64,000 bases of DNA from contig JAUCBJ010007667.1 of the NCBI GenBank assembly GCA_032718475.1, positions 1 to 64,000 on the forward strand, in the 5' to 3' direction. The stretch comes from Nemertoderma westbladi (Eukaryota > Animalia > Xenacoelomorpha). The notes below the pieces were generated by a model. That model made no database searches, was not told the DNA's origin, and worked only from the letters and a program-made list of their open reading frames with translations. Below are positions 11,201 through 26,200 of this stretch, one piece after another; the first letter of the stretch is position 1, and each line of letters starts with the position of its first letter. Made by a program: the position numbers and the translations under genes.

Positions 11201-14200
11201 CCGCTCATATATTGCTGTATTATAGATCACCAACCTGTTATCTATCCAATCTACTCCGATCTATATTGATGTATTATAGATCACCAACCTGTTATCTATC
11301 CAATCTACTCCGCTCATATATTGATGTATTATAGATCACCAACCTGTTATCTATCCAATCTACTCCGATCTATATTGATGTATTATAGATCACCAACCTG
11401 TTATCTATCCAATCTACTCCGATCTATATTGATGTATTATAGATCACCAACCTGTTATCTATCCAATCTACTCCGATCTATATTGCTGTATTATAGATCA
11501 CCAACCTGTTATCTATCCAATCTACTCCGATCTATATTGATGTATTATAGATCACCAACCTGTTATCTATCCAATCTACTCCGATCTATATTGCTGTATT
11601 ATAGATCACCAACCTGTTATCTATCCAATCTACTCCGATCTATATTGCTGTATTATAGATCACCAACCTGTTATCTATCCAATCTACTCCGCTCATATAT
11701 TGATGTATTATAGATCACCAACCTGTTATCTACACGAATCTACTCCGATCTATATTGCTGTATTATAGATCACCAACCTGTTATCTATCCAATCTACTCC
11801 GATCTATATTGCTGTATTATAGATCACCAACCTGTTATCTATCCAATCTACTCCGATCTATATTGATGTATTATAGATCACCAACCTGTTATCTATCCAA
11901 TCTACTCCGATCTATATTGCTGTATTATAGATCACCAACCTGTTATCTATCCAATCTACTCCGATCTATATTGATGTATTATAGATCACCAACCTGTTAT
12001 CTATCCAATCTACTCCGATCTATATTGATGTATTATAGATCACCAACCTGTTATCTATCCAATCTACTCCGATCTATATTGATGTATTATAGATCACCAA
12101 CCTGTTATCTATCCAATCTACTCCGATCTATATTGCTGTATTATAGATCACCAACCTGTTATCTATCCAATCTACTCCGCTCATATATTGATGTATTATA
12201 GATCACCAACCTGTTATCTATCCAATCTACTCCGATCTATATTGCTGTATTATAGATCACCAACCTGTTATCTATCCAATCTACTCCGATCTATATTGAT
12301 GTATTATAGATCACCAACCTGTTATCTATCCAATCTACTCCGATCTATATTGCTGTATTATAGATCACCAACCTGTTATCTATCCAATCTACTCCGATCT
12401 ATATTGCTGTATTATAGATCACCAACCTGTTATCTATCCAATCTACTCCGCTCATATATTGATGTATTATAGATCACCAACCTGTTATCTATCCAATCTA
12501 CTCCGATCTATATTGATGTATTATAGATCACCAACCTGTTATCTATCCAATCTACTCCGATCTATATTGATGTATTATAGATCACCAACCTGTTATCTAT
12601 CCAATCTACTCCGATCTATATTGCTGTATTATAGATCACCAACCTGTTATCTATCCAATCTACTCCGATCTATATTGATGTATTATAGATCACCAACCTG
12701 TTATCTATCCAATCTACTCCGATCTATATTGCTGTATTATAGATCACCAACCTGTTATCTATCCAATCTACTCCGATCTATATTGCTGTATTATAGATCA
12801 CCAACCTGTTATCTATCCAATCTACTCCGCTCATATATTGATGTATTATAGATCACCAACCTGTTATCTATCCAATCTACTCCGATCTATATTGCTGTAT
12901 TATAGATCACCAACCTGTTATCTATCCAATCTACTCCGATCTATATTGATGTATTATAGATCACCAACCTGTTATCTATCCAATCTACTCCGATCTATAT
13001 TGCTGTATTATAGATCACCAACCTGTTATCTATCCAATCTACTCCGATCTATATTGATGTATTATAGATCACCAACCTGTTATCTATCCAATCTACTCCG
13101 ATCTATATTGATGTATTATAGATCACCAACCTGTTATCTATCCAATCTACTCCGATCTATATTGATGTATTATAGATCACCAACCTGTTATCTATCCAAT
13201 CTACTCCGATCTATATTGCTGTATTATAGATCACCAACCTGTTATCTATCCAATCTACTCCGCTCATATATTGATGTATTATAGATCACCAACCTGTTAT
13301 CTATCCAATCTACTCCGATCTATATTGCTGTATTATAGATCACCAACCTGTTATCTATCCAATCTACTCCGATCTATATTGATGTATTATAGATCACCAA
13401 CCTGTTATCTATCCAATCTACTCCGATCTATATTGCTGTATTATAGATCACCAACCTGTTATCTATCCAATCTACTCCGATCTATATTGCTGTATTATAG
13501 ATCACCAACCTGTTATCTATCCAATCTACTCCGATCTATATTGATGTATTATAGATCACCAACCTGTTATCTATCCAATCTACTCCGCTCATATATTGAT
13601 GTATTATAGATCACCAACCTGTTATCTATCCAATCTACTCCGATCTATATTGCTGTATTATAGATCACCAACCTGTTATCTATCCAATCTACTCCGATCT
13701 ATATTGATGTATTATAGATCACCAACCTGTTATCTATCCAATCTACTCCGATCTATATTGCTGTATTATAGATCACCAACCTGTTATCTATCCAATCTAC
13801 TCCGCTCATATATTGATGTATTATAGATCACCAACCTGTTATCTATCCAATCTACTCCGATCTATATTGATGTATTATAGATCACCAACCTGTTATCTAT
13901 CCAATCTACTCCGATCTATATTGCTGTATTATAGATCACCAACCTGTTATCTATCCAATCTACTCCGCTCATATATTGATGTATTATAGATCACCAACCT
14001 GTTATCTATCCAATCTACTCCGATCTATATTGCTGTATTATAGATCACCAACCTGTTATCTATCCAATCTACTCCGATCTATATTGATGTATTATAGATC
14101 ACCAACCTGTTATCTATCCAATCTACTCCGATCTATATTGCTGTATTATAGATCACCAACCTGTTATCTATCCAATCTACTCCGATCTATATTGCTGTAT

Positions 14201-17200
14201 TATAGATCACCAACCTGTTATCTATCCAATCTACTCCGCTCATATATTGATGTATTATAGATCACCAACCTGTTATCTATCCAATCTACTCCGATCTATA
14301 TTGATGTATTATAGATCACCAACCTGTTATCTATCCAATCTACTCCGATCTATATTGCTGTATTATAGATCACCAACCTGTTATCTATCCAATCTACTCC
14401 GCTCATATATTGATGTATTATAGATCACCAACCTGTTATCTATCCAATCTACTCCGATCTATATTGATGTATTATAGATCACCAACCTGTTATCTATCCA
14501 ATCTACTCCGATCTATATTGATGTATTATAGATCACCAACCTGTTATCTATCCAATCTACTCCGCTCATATATTGATGTATTATAGATCACCAACCTGTT
14601 ATCTATCCAATCTACTCCGATCTATATTGATGTATTATAGATCACCAACCTGTTATCTATCCAATCTACTCCGATCTATATTGATGTATTATAGATCACC
14701 AACCTGTTATCTATCCAATCTACTCCGATCTATATTGATGTATTATAGATCACCAACCTGTTATCTATCCAATCTACTCCGCTCATATATTGATGTATTA
14801 TAGATCACCAACCTGTTATCTATCCAATCTACTCCGCTCATATATTGCTGTATTATAGATCACCAACCTGTTATCTATCCAATCTACTCCGCTCATATAT
14901 TGATGTATTATAGATCACCAACCTGTTATCTATCCAATCTACTCCGATCTATATTGCTGTATTATAGATCACCAACCTGTTATCTATCCAATCTACTCCG
15001 CTCATATATTGCTGTATTATAGATCACCAACCTGTTATCTATCCAATCTACTCCGCTCATATATTGCTGTATTATAGATCACCAACCTGTTATCTATCCA
15101 ATCTACTCCGATCTATATTGCTGTATTATAGATCACCAACCTGTTATCTATCCAATCTACTCCGATCTATATTGCTGTATTATAGATCACCAACCTGTTA
15201 TCTATCCAATCTACTCCGCTCATATATTGCTGTATTATAGATCACCAACCTGTTATCTATCCAATCTACTCCGCTCATATATTGCTGTATTATAGATCAC
15301 CAACCTGTTATCTATCCAATCTACTCCGATCTATATTGCTGTATTATAGATCACCAACCTGTTATCTATCCAATCTACTCCGATCTATATTGATGTATTA
15401 TAGATCACCAACCTGTTATCTATCCAATCTACTCCGATCTATATTGCTGTATTATAGATCACCAACCTGTTATCTATCCAATCTACTCCGCTCATATATT
15501 GCTGTATTATAGATCACCAACCTGTTATCTATCCAATCTACTCCGCTCATATATTGCTGTATTATAGATCACCAACCTGTTATCTATCCAATCTACTCCG
15601 ATCTATATTGCTGTATTATAGATCACCAACCTGTTATCTATCCAATCTACTCCGCTCATATATTGCTGTATTATAGATCACCAACCTGTTATCTATCCAA
15701 TCTACTCCGATCTATATTGATGTATTATAGATCACCAACCTGTTATCTATCCAATCTACTCCGATCTATATTGATGTATTATAGATCACCAACCTGTTAT
15801 CTATCCAATCTACTCCGCTCATATATTGCTGTATTATAGATCACCAACCTGTTATCTACACGAATCTACTCCGATCTATATTGATGTATTATAGATCACC
15901 AACCTGTTATCTATCCAATCTACTCCGCTCATATATTGATGTATTATAGATCACCAACCTGTTATCTATCCAATCTACTCCGCTCATATATTGATGTATT
16001 ATAGATCACCAACCTGTTATCTATCCAATCTACTCCGCTCATATATTGATGTATTATAGATCACCAACCTGTTATCTATCCAATCTACTCCGCTCATATA
16101 TTGATGTATTATAGATCACCAACCTGTTATCTATCCAATCTACTCCGCTCATATATTGATGTATTATAGATCACCAACCTGTTATCTATCCAATCTACTC
16201 CGATCTATATTGATGTATTATAGATCACCAACCTGTTATCTATCCAATCTACTCCGATCTATATTGATGTATTATAGATCACCAACCTGTTATCTATCCA
16301 AACTACTCCGCTCATATATTGCTGTATTATAGATCACCAACCTGTTATCTATCCAATCTACTCCGATCTATATTGCTGTATTATAGATCACCAACCTGTT
16401 ATCTATCCAATCTACTCCGCTCATATATTGATGTATTATAGATCACCAACCTGTTATCTATCCAATCTACTCCGATCTATATTGATGTATTATAGATCAC
16501 CAACCTGTTATCTACACGAATCTACTCCGCTCATATATTGATGTATTATAGATCACCAACCTGTTATCTATCCAATCTACTCCGCTCATATATTGATGTA
16601 TTATAGATCACCAACCTGTTATCTATCCAATCTACTCCGCTCATATATTGATGTATTATAGATCACCAACCTGTTATCTATCCAATCTACTCCGATCTAT
16701 ATTGATGTATTATAGATCACCAACCTGTTATCTATCCAATCTACTCCGCTCATATATTGATGTATTATAGATCACCAACCTGTTATCTATCCAATCTACT
16801 CCGCTCATATATTGATGTATTATAGATCACCAACCTGTTATCTACACGAATCTACTCCGCTCATATATTGATGTATTATAGATCACCAACCTGTTATCTA
16901 TCCAATCTACTCCGCTCATATATTGATGTATTATAGATCACCAACCTGTTATCTATCCAATCTACTCCGATCTATATTGATGTATTATAGATCACCAACC
17001 TGTTATCTATCCAATCTACTCCGCTCATATATTGATGTATTATAGATCACCAACCTGTTATCTATCCAATCTACTCCGATCTATATTGATGTATTATAGA
17101 TCACCAACCTGTTATCTATCCAATCTACTCCGCTCATATATTGATGTATTATAGATCACCAACCTGTTATCTATCCAATCTACTCCGCTCATATATTGAT

Positions 17201-20200
17201 GTATTATAGATCACCAACCTGTTATCTATCCAATCTACTCCGATCTATATTGCTGTATTATAGATCACCAACCTGTTATCTATCCAATCTACTCCGCTCA
17301 TATATTGATGTATTATAGATCACCAACCTGTTATCTATCCAATCTACTCCGCTCATATATTGATGTATTATAGATCACCAACCTGTTATCTATCCAATCT
17401 ACTCCGCTCATATATTGATGTATTATAGATCACCAACCTGTTATCTATCCAATCTACTCCGCTCATATATTGATGTATTATAGATCACCAACCTGTTATC
17501 TATCCAATCTACTCCGATCTATATTGCTGTATTATAGATCACCAACCTGTTATCTATCCAATCTACTCCGCTCATATATTGATGTATTATAGATCACCAA
17601 CCTGTTATCTATCCAATCTACTCCGCTCATATATTGATGTATTATAGATCACCAACCTGTTATCTATCCAATCTACTCCGATCTATATTGCTGTATTATA
17701 GATCACCAACCTGTTATCTACACGAATCTACTCCGATCTATATTGCTGTATTATAGATCACCAACCTGTTATCTATCCAATCTACTCCGCTCATATATTG
17801 ATGTATTATAGATCACCAACCTGTTATCTATCCAATCTACTCCGCTCATATATTGATGTATTATAGATCACCAACCTGTTATCTATCCAATCTACTCCGA
17901 TCTATATTGATGTATTATAGATCACCAACCTGTTATCTATCCAATCTACTCCGCTCATATATTGATGTATTATAGATCACCAACCTGTTATCTATCCAAT
18001 CTACTCCGATCTATATTGATGTATTATAGATCACCAACCTGTTATCTATCCAATCTACTCCGCTCATATATTGATGTATTATAGATCACCAACCTGTTAT
18101 CTATCCAATCTACTCCGCTCATATATTGATGTATTATAGATCACCAACCTGTTATCTACACGAATCTACTCCGCTCATATATTGCTGTATTATAGATCAC
18201 CAACCTGTTATCTACACGAATCTACTCCGATCTATATTGATGTATTATAGATCACCAACCTGTTATCTACACGAATCTACTCCGATCTATATTGATGTAT
18301 TATAGATCACCAACCTGTTATCTATCCAATCTACTCCGATCTATATTGATGTATTATAGATCACCAACCTGTTATCTATCCAATCTACTCCGCTCATATA
18401 TTGCTGTATTATAGATCACCAACCTGTTATCTACACGAATCTACTCCGATCTATATTGATGTATTATAGATCACCAACCTGTTATCTACACGAATCTACT
18501 CCGATCTATATTGATGTATTATAGATCACCAACCTGTTATCTATCCAATCTACTCCGCTCATATATTGATGTATTATAGATCACCAACCTGTTATCTATC
18601 CAATCTACTCCGATCTATATTGATGTATTATAGATCACCAACCTGTTATCTATCCAATCTACTCCGATCTATATTGATGTATTATAGATCACCAACCTGT
18701 TATCTATCCAATCTACTCCGCTCATATATTGCTGTATTATAGATCACCAACCTGTTATCTACACGAATCTACTCCGATCTATATTGATGTATTATAGATC
18801 ACCAACCTGTTATCTACACGAATCTACTCCGATCTATATTGATGTATTATAGATCACCAACCTGTTATCTATCCAATCTACTCCGATCTATATTGATGTA
18901 TTATAGATCACCAACCTGTTATCTATCCAATCTACTCCGATCTATATTGATGTATTATAGATCACCAACCTGTTATCTATCCAATCTACTCCGCTCATAT
19001 ATTGCTGTATTATAGATCACCAACCTGTTATCTATCCAATCTACTCCGATCTATATTGATGTATTATAGATCACCAACCTGTTATCTATCCAATCTACTC
19101 CGATCTATATTGATGTATTATAGATCACCAACCTGTTATCTATCCAATCTACTCCGATCTATATTGATGTATTATAGATCACCAACCTGTTATCTATCCA
19201 ATCTACTCCGATCTATATTGATGTATTATAGATCACCAACCTGTTATCTATCCAATCTACTCCGCTCATATATTGATGTATTATAGATCACCAACCTGTT
19301 ATCTATCCAATCTACTCCGATCTATATTGATGTATTATAGATCACCAACCTGTTATCTATCCAATCTACTCCGATCTATATTGATGTATTATAGATCACC
19401 AACCTGTTATCTATCCAATCTACTCCGCTCATATATTGCTGTATTATAGATCACCAACCTGTTATCTATCCAATCTACTCCGATCTATATTGATGTATTA
19501 TAGATCACCAACCTGTTATCTATCCAATCTACTCCGATCTATATTGATGTATTATAGATCACCAACCTGTTATCTATCCAATCTACTCCGCTCATATATT
19601 GCTGTATTATAGATCACCAACCTGTTATCTATCCAATCTACTCCGATCTATATTGATGTATTATAGATCACCAACCTGTTATCTATCCAATCTACTCCGA
19701 TCTATATTGATGTATTATAGATCACCAACCTGTTATCTATCCAATCTACTCCGCTCATATATTGCTGTATTATAGATCACCAACCTGTTATCTATCCAAT
19801 CTACTCCGCTCATATATTGCTGTATTATAGATCACCAACCTGTTATCTACACGAATCTACTCCGCTCATATATTGCTGTATTATAGATCACCAACCTGTT
19901 ATCTATCCAATCTACTCCGCTCATATATTGATGTATTATAGATCACCAACCTGTTATCTATCCAATCTACTCCGATCTATATTGATGTATTATAGATCAC
20001 CAACCTGTTATCTATCCAATCTACTCCGATCTATATTGATGTATTATAGATCACCAACCTGTTATCTACACGAATCTACTCCGCTCATATATTGATGTAT
20101 TATAGATCACCAACCTGTTATCTACACGAATCTACTCCGCTCATATATTGCTGTATTATAGATCACCAACCTGTTATCTACACGAATCTACTCCGCTCAT

Positions 20201-23200
20201 ATATTGATGTATTATAGATCACCAACCTGTTATCTACACGAATCTACTCCGCTCATATATTGATGTATTATAGATCACCAACCTGTTATCTACACGAATC
20301 TACTCCGATCTATATTGATGTATTATAGATCACCAACCTGTTATCTACACGAATCTACTCCGCTCATATATTGATGTATTATAGATCACCAACCTGTTAT
20401 CTACACGAATCTACTCCGCTCATATATTGATGTATTATAGATCACCAACCTGTTATCTATCCAATCTACTCCGCTCATATATTGATGTATTATAGATCAC
20501 CAACCTGTTATCTACACGAATCTACTCCGCTCATATATTGCTGTATTATAGATCACCAACCTGTTATCTATCCAATCTACTCCGCTCATATATTGATGTA
20601 TTATAGATCACCAACCTGTTATCTATCCAATCTACTCCGCTCATATATTGATGTATTATAGATCACCAACCTGTTATCTATCCAATCTACTCCGATCTAT
20701 ATTGATGTATTATAGATCACCAACCTGTTATCTACACGAATCTACTCCGCTCATATATTGCTGTATTATAGATCACCAACCTGTTATCTATCCAATCTAC
20801 TCCGCTCATATATTGATGTATTATAGATCACCAACCTGTTATCTATCCAATCTACTCCGATCTATATTGATGTATTATAGATCACCAACCTGTTATCTAC
20901 ACGAATCTACTCCGCTCATATATTGCTGTATTATAGATCACCAACCTGTTATCTACACGAATCTACTCCGCTCATATATTGATGTATTATAGATCACCAA
21001 CCTGTTATCTACACGAATCTACTCCGCTCATATATTGATGTATTATAGATCACCAACCTGTTATCTACACGAATCTACTCCGCTCATATATTGATGTATT
21101 ATAGATCACCAACCTGTTATCTACACGAATCTACTCCGCTCATATATTGCTGTATTATAGATCACCAACCTGTTATCTATCCAATCTACTCCGATCTATA
21201 TTGATGTATTATAGATCACCAACCTGTTATCTATCCAATCTACTCCGATCTATATTGATGTATTATAGATCACCAACCTGTTATCTATCCAATCTACTCC
21301 GCTCATATATTGATGTATTATAGATCACCAACCTGTTATCTATCCAATCTACTCCGATCTATATTGATGTATTATAGATCACCAACCTGTTATCTACACG
21401 AATCTACTCCGCTCATATATTGCTGTATTATAGATCACCAACCTGTTATCTACACGAATCTACTCCGCTCATATATTGATGTATTATAGATCACCAACCT
21501 GTTATCTACACGAATCTACTCCGCTCATATATTGATGTATTATAGATCACCAACCTGTTATCTACACGAATCTACTCCGCTCATATATTGATGTATTATA
21601 GATCACCAACCTGTTATCTACACGAATCTACTCCGATCTATATTGATGTATTATAGATCACCAACCTGTTATCTACACGAATCTACTCCGCTCATATATT
21701 GATGTATTATAGATCACCAACCTGTTATCTACACGAATCTACTCCGCTCATATATTGATGTATTATAGATCACCAACCTGTTATCTATCCAATCTACTCC
21801 GCTCATATATTGATGTATTATAGATCACCAACCTGTTATCTACACGAATCTACTCCGCTCATATATTGATGTATTATAGATCACCAACCTGTTATCTACA
21901 CGAATCTACTCCGCTCATATATTGATGTATTATAGATCACCAACCTGTTATCTACACGAATCTACTCCGCTCATATATTGATGTATTATAGATCACCAAC
22001 CTGTTATCTACACGAATCTACTCCGCTCATATATTGATGTATTATAGATCACCAACCTGTTATCTACACGAATCTACTCCGATCTATATTGATGTATTAT
22101 AGATCACCAACCTGTTATCTACACGAATCTACTCCGCTCATATATTGATGTATTATAGATCACCAACCTGTTATCTACACGAATCTACTCCGCTCATATA
22201 TTGATGTATTATAGATCACCAACCTGTTATCTATCCAATCTACTCCGCTCATATATTGATGTATTATAGATCACCAACCTGTTATCTATCCAATCTACTC
22301 CGATCCATATTGATGTATTATAGATCACCAACCTGTTATCTACACGAATCTACTCCGCTCATATATTGATGTATTATAGATCACCAACCTGTTATCTACA
22401 CGAATCTACTCCGCTCATATATTGATGTATTATAGATCACCAACCTGTTATCTACACGAATCTACTCCGCTCATATATTGATGTATTATAGATCACCAAC
22501 CTGTTATCTACACGAATCTACTCCGCTCATATATTGATGTATTATAGATCACCAACCTGTTATCTACACGAATCTACTCCGATCTATATTGATGTATTAT
22601 AGATCACCAACCTGTTATCTACACGAATCTACTCCGCTCATATATTGATGTATTATAGATCACCAACCTGTTATCTACACGAATCTACTCCGCTCATATA
22701 TTGATGTATTATAGATCACCAACCTGTTATCTACACGAATCTACTCCGCTCATATATTGATGTATTATAGATCACCAACCTGTTATCTACACGAATCTAC
22801 TCCGCTCATATATTGATGTATTATAGATCACCAACCTGTTATCTACACGAATCTACTCCGATCTATATTGATGTATTATAGATCACCAACCTGTTATCTA
22901 CACGAATCTACTCCGCTCATATATTGATGTATTATAGATCACCAACCTGTTATCTACACGAATCTACTCCGCTCATATATTGATGTATTATAGATCACCA
23001 ACCTGTTATCTACACGAATCTACTCCGCTCATATATTGATGTATTATAGATCACCAACCTGTTATCTACACGAATCTACTCCGCTCATATATTGATGTAT
23101 TATAGATCACCAACCTGTTATCTACACGAATCTACTCCGATCTATATTGATGTATTATAGATCACCAACCTGTTATCTACACGAATCTACTCCGCTCATA

Positions 23201-26200
23201 TATTGATGTATTATAGATCACCAACCTGTTATCTACACGAATCTACTCCGCTCATATATTGATGTATTATAGATCACCAACCTGTTATCTACACGAATCT
23301 ACTCCGCTCATATATTGATGTATTATAGATCACCAACCTGTTATCTACACGAATCTACTCCGCTCATATATTGATGTATTATAGATCACCAACCTGTTAT
23401 CTACACGAATCTACTCCGATCTATATTGATGTATTATAGATCACCAACCTGTTATCTATCCAATCTACTCCGCTCATATATTGATGTATTATAGATCACC
23501 AACCTGTTATCTATCCAATCTACTCCGATCCATATTGATGTATTATAGATCACCAACCTGTTATCTACACGAATCTACTCCGCTCATATATTGATGTATT
23601 ATAGATCACCAACCTGTTATCTACACGAATCTACTCCGATCTATATTGATGTATTATAGATCACCAACCTGTTATCTACACGAATCTACTCCGCTCATAT
23701 ATTGATGTATTATAGATCACCAACCTGTTATCTATCCAAACTACTCCGCTCATATATTGATGTATTATAGATCACCAACCTGTTATCTATCCAATCTACT
23801 CCGATCTATATTGATGTATTATAGATCACCAACCTGTTATCTACACGAATCTACTCCGCTCATATATTGATGTATTATAGATCACCAACCTGTTATCTAC
23901 ACGAATCTACTCCGCTCATATATTGATGTATTATAGATCACCAACCTGTTATCTACACGAATCTACTCCGCTCATATATTGATGTATTATAGATCACCAA
24001 CCTGTTATCTACACGAATCTACTCCGATCTATATTGATGTATTATAGATCACCAACCTGTTATCTACACGAATCTACTCCGCTCATATATTGATGTATTA
24101 TAGATCACCAACCTGTTATCTACACGAATCTACTCCGATCTATATTGATGTATTATAGATCACCAACCTGTTATCTACACGAATCTACTCCGCTCATATA
24201 TTGATGTATTATAGATCACCAACCTGTTATCTACACGAATCTACTCCGCTCATATATTGATGTATTATAGATCACCAACCTGTTATCTACACGAATCTAC
24301 TCCGCTCATATATTGATGTATTATAGATCACCAACCTGTTATCTACACGAATCTACTCCGCTCATATATTGATGTATTATAGATCACCAACCTGTTATCT
24401 ACACGAATCTACTCCGCTCATATATTGATGTATTATAGATCACCAACCTGTTATCTACACGAATCTACTCCGCTCATATATTGCTGTATTATAGATCACC
24501 AACCTGTTATCTATCCAATCTACTCCGATCTATATTGATGTATTATAGATCACCAACCTGTTATCTATCCAATCTACTCCGCTCATATATTGATGTATTA
24601 TAGATCACCAACCTGTTATCTATCCAATCTACTCCGATCTATATTGATGTATTATAGATCACCAACCTGTTATCTACACGAATCTACTCCGCTCATATAT
24701 TGATGTATTATAGATCACCAACCTGTTATCTATCCAATCTACTCCGCTCATATATTGATGTATTATAGATCACCAACCTGTTATCTATCCAATCTACTCC
24801 GATCTATATTGATGTATTATAGATCACCAACCTGTTATCTATCCAATCTACTCCGCTCATATATTGATGTATTATAGATCACCAACCTGTTATCTATCCA
24901 ATCTACTCCGATCTATATTGATGTATTATAGATCACCAACCTGTTATCTACACGAATCTACTCCGCTCATATATTGATGTATTATAGATCACCAACCTGT
25001 TATCTATCCAATCTACTCCGATCTATATTGATGTATTATAGATCACCAACCTGTTATCTACACGAATCTACTCCGCTCATATATTGATGTATTATAGATC
25101 ACCAACCTGTTATCTACACGAATCTACTCCGCTCATATATTGATGTATTATAGATCACCAACCTGTTATCTATCCAATCTACTCCGATCTATATTGATGT
25201 ATTATAGATCACCAACCTGTTATCTACACGAATCTACTCCGCTCATATATTGATGTATTATAGATCACCAACCTGTTATCTACACGAATCTACTCCGCTC
25301 ATATATTGATGTATTATAGATCACCAACCTGTTATCTACACGAATCTACTCCGCTCATATATTGATGTATTATAGATCACCAACCTGTTATCTATCACGA
25401 ATCTACTCCGCTCATATATTGATGTATTATAGATCACCAACCTGTTATCTACACGAATCTACTCCGATCATATATTGATGTATTATAGATCACCAACCTG
25501 TTATCTATCCGAATCTACTCCGATCTATATTGATGTATTATAGATCACCAACCTGTTATCTATCCGAATCTACTCCGCTCATATATTGATGTATTATAGA
25601 TCACCAACCTGTTATCTACACGAATCTACTCCGCTCATATATTGATGTATTATAGATCACCAACCTGTTATCTATCCAATCTACTCCGCTCATATATTGA
25701 TGTATTATAGATCACCAACCTGTTATCTATCCAATCTACTCCGCTCATATATTGATGTATTATAGATCACCAACCTGTTATCTATCCAATCTACTCCGAT
25801 CTATATTGATGTATTATAGATCACCAACCTGTTATCTATCCAATCTACTCCGATCTATATTGATGTATTATAGATCACCAACCTGTTATCTACACGAATC
25901 TACTCCGATCTATATTGATGTATTATAGATCACCAACCTGTTATCTATCCAATCTACTCCGATCTATATTGATGTATTATAGATCACCAACCTGTTATCT
26001 ATCCAATCTACTCCGCTCATATATTGATGTATTATAGATCACCAACCTGTTATCTATCCAATCTACTCCGATCTATATTGCTGTATTATAGATCACCAAC
26101 CTGTTATCTACACGAATCTACTCCGCTCATATATTGATGTATTATAGATCACCAACCTGTTATCTATCCAATCTACTCCGATCTATATTGATGTATTATA

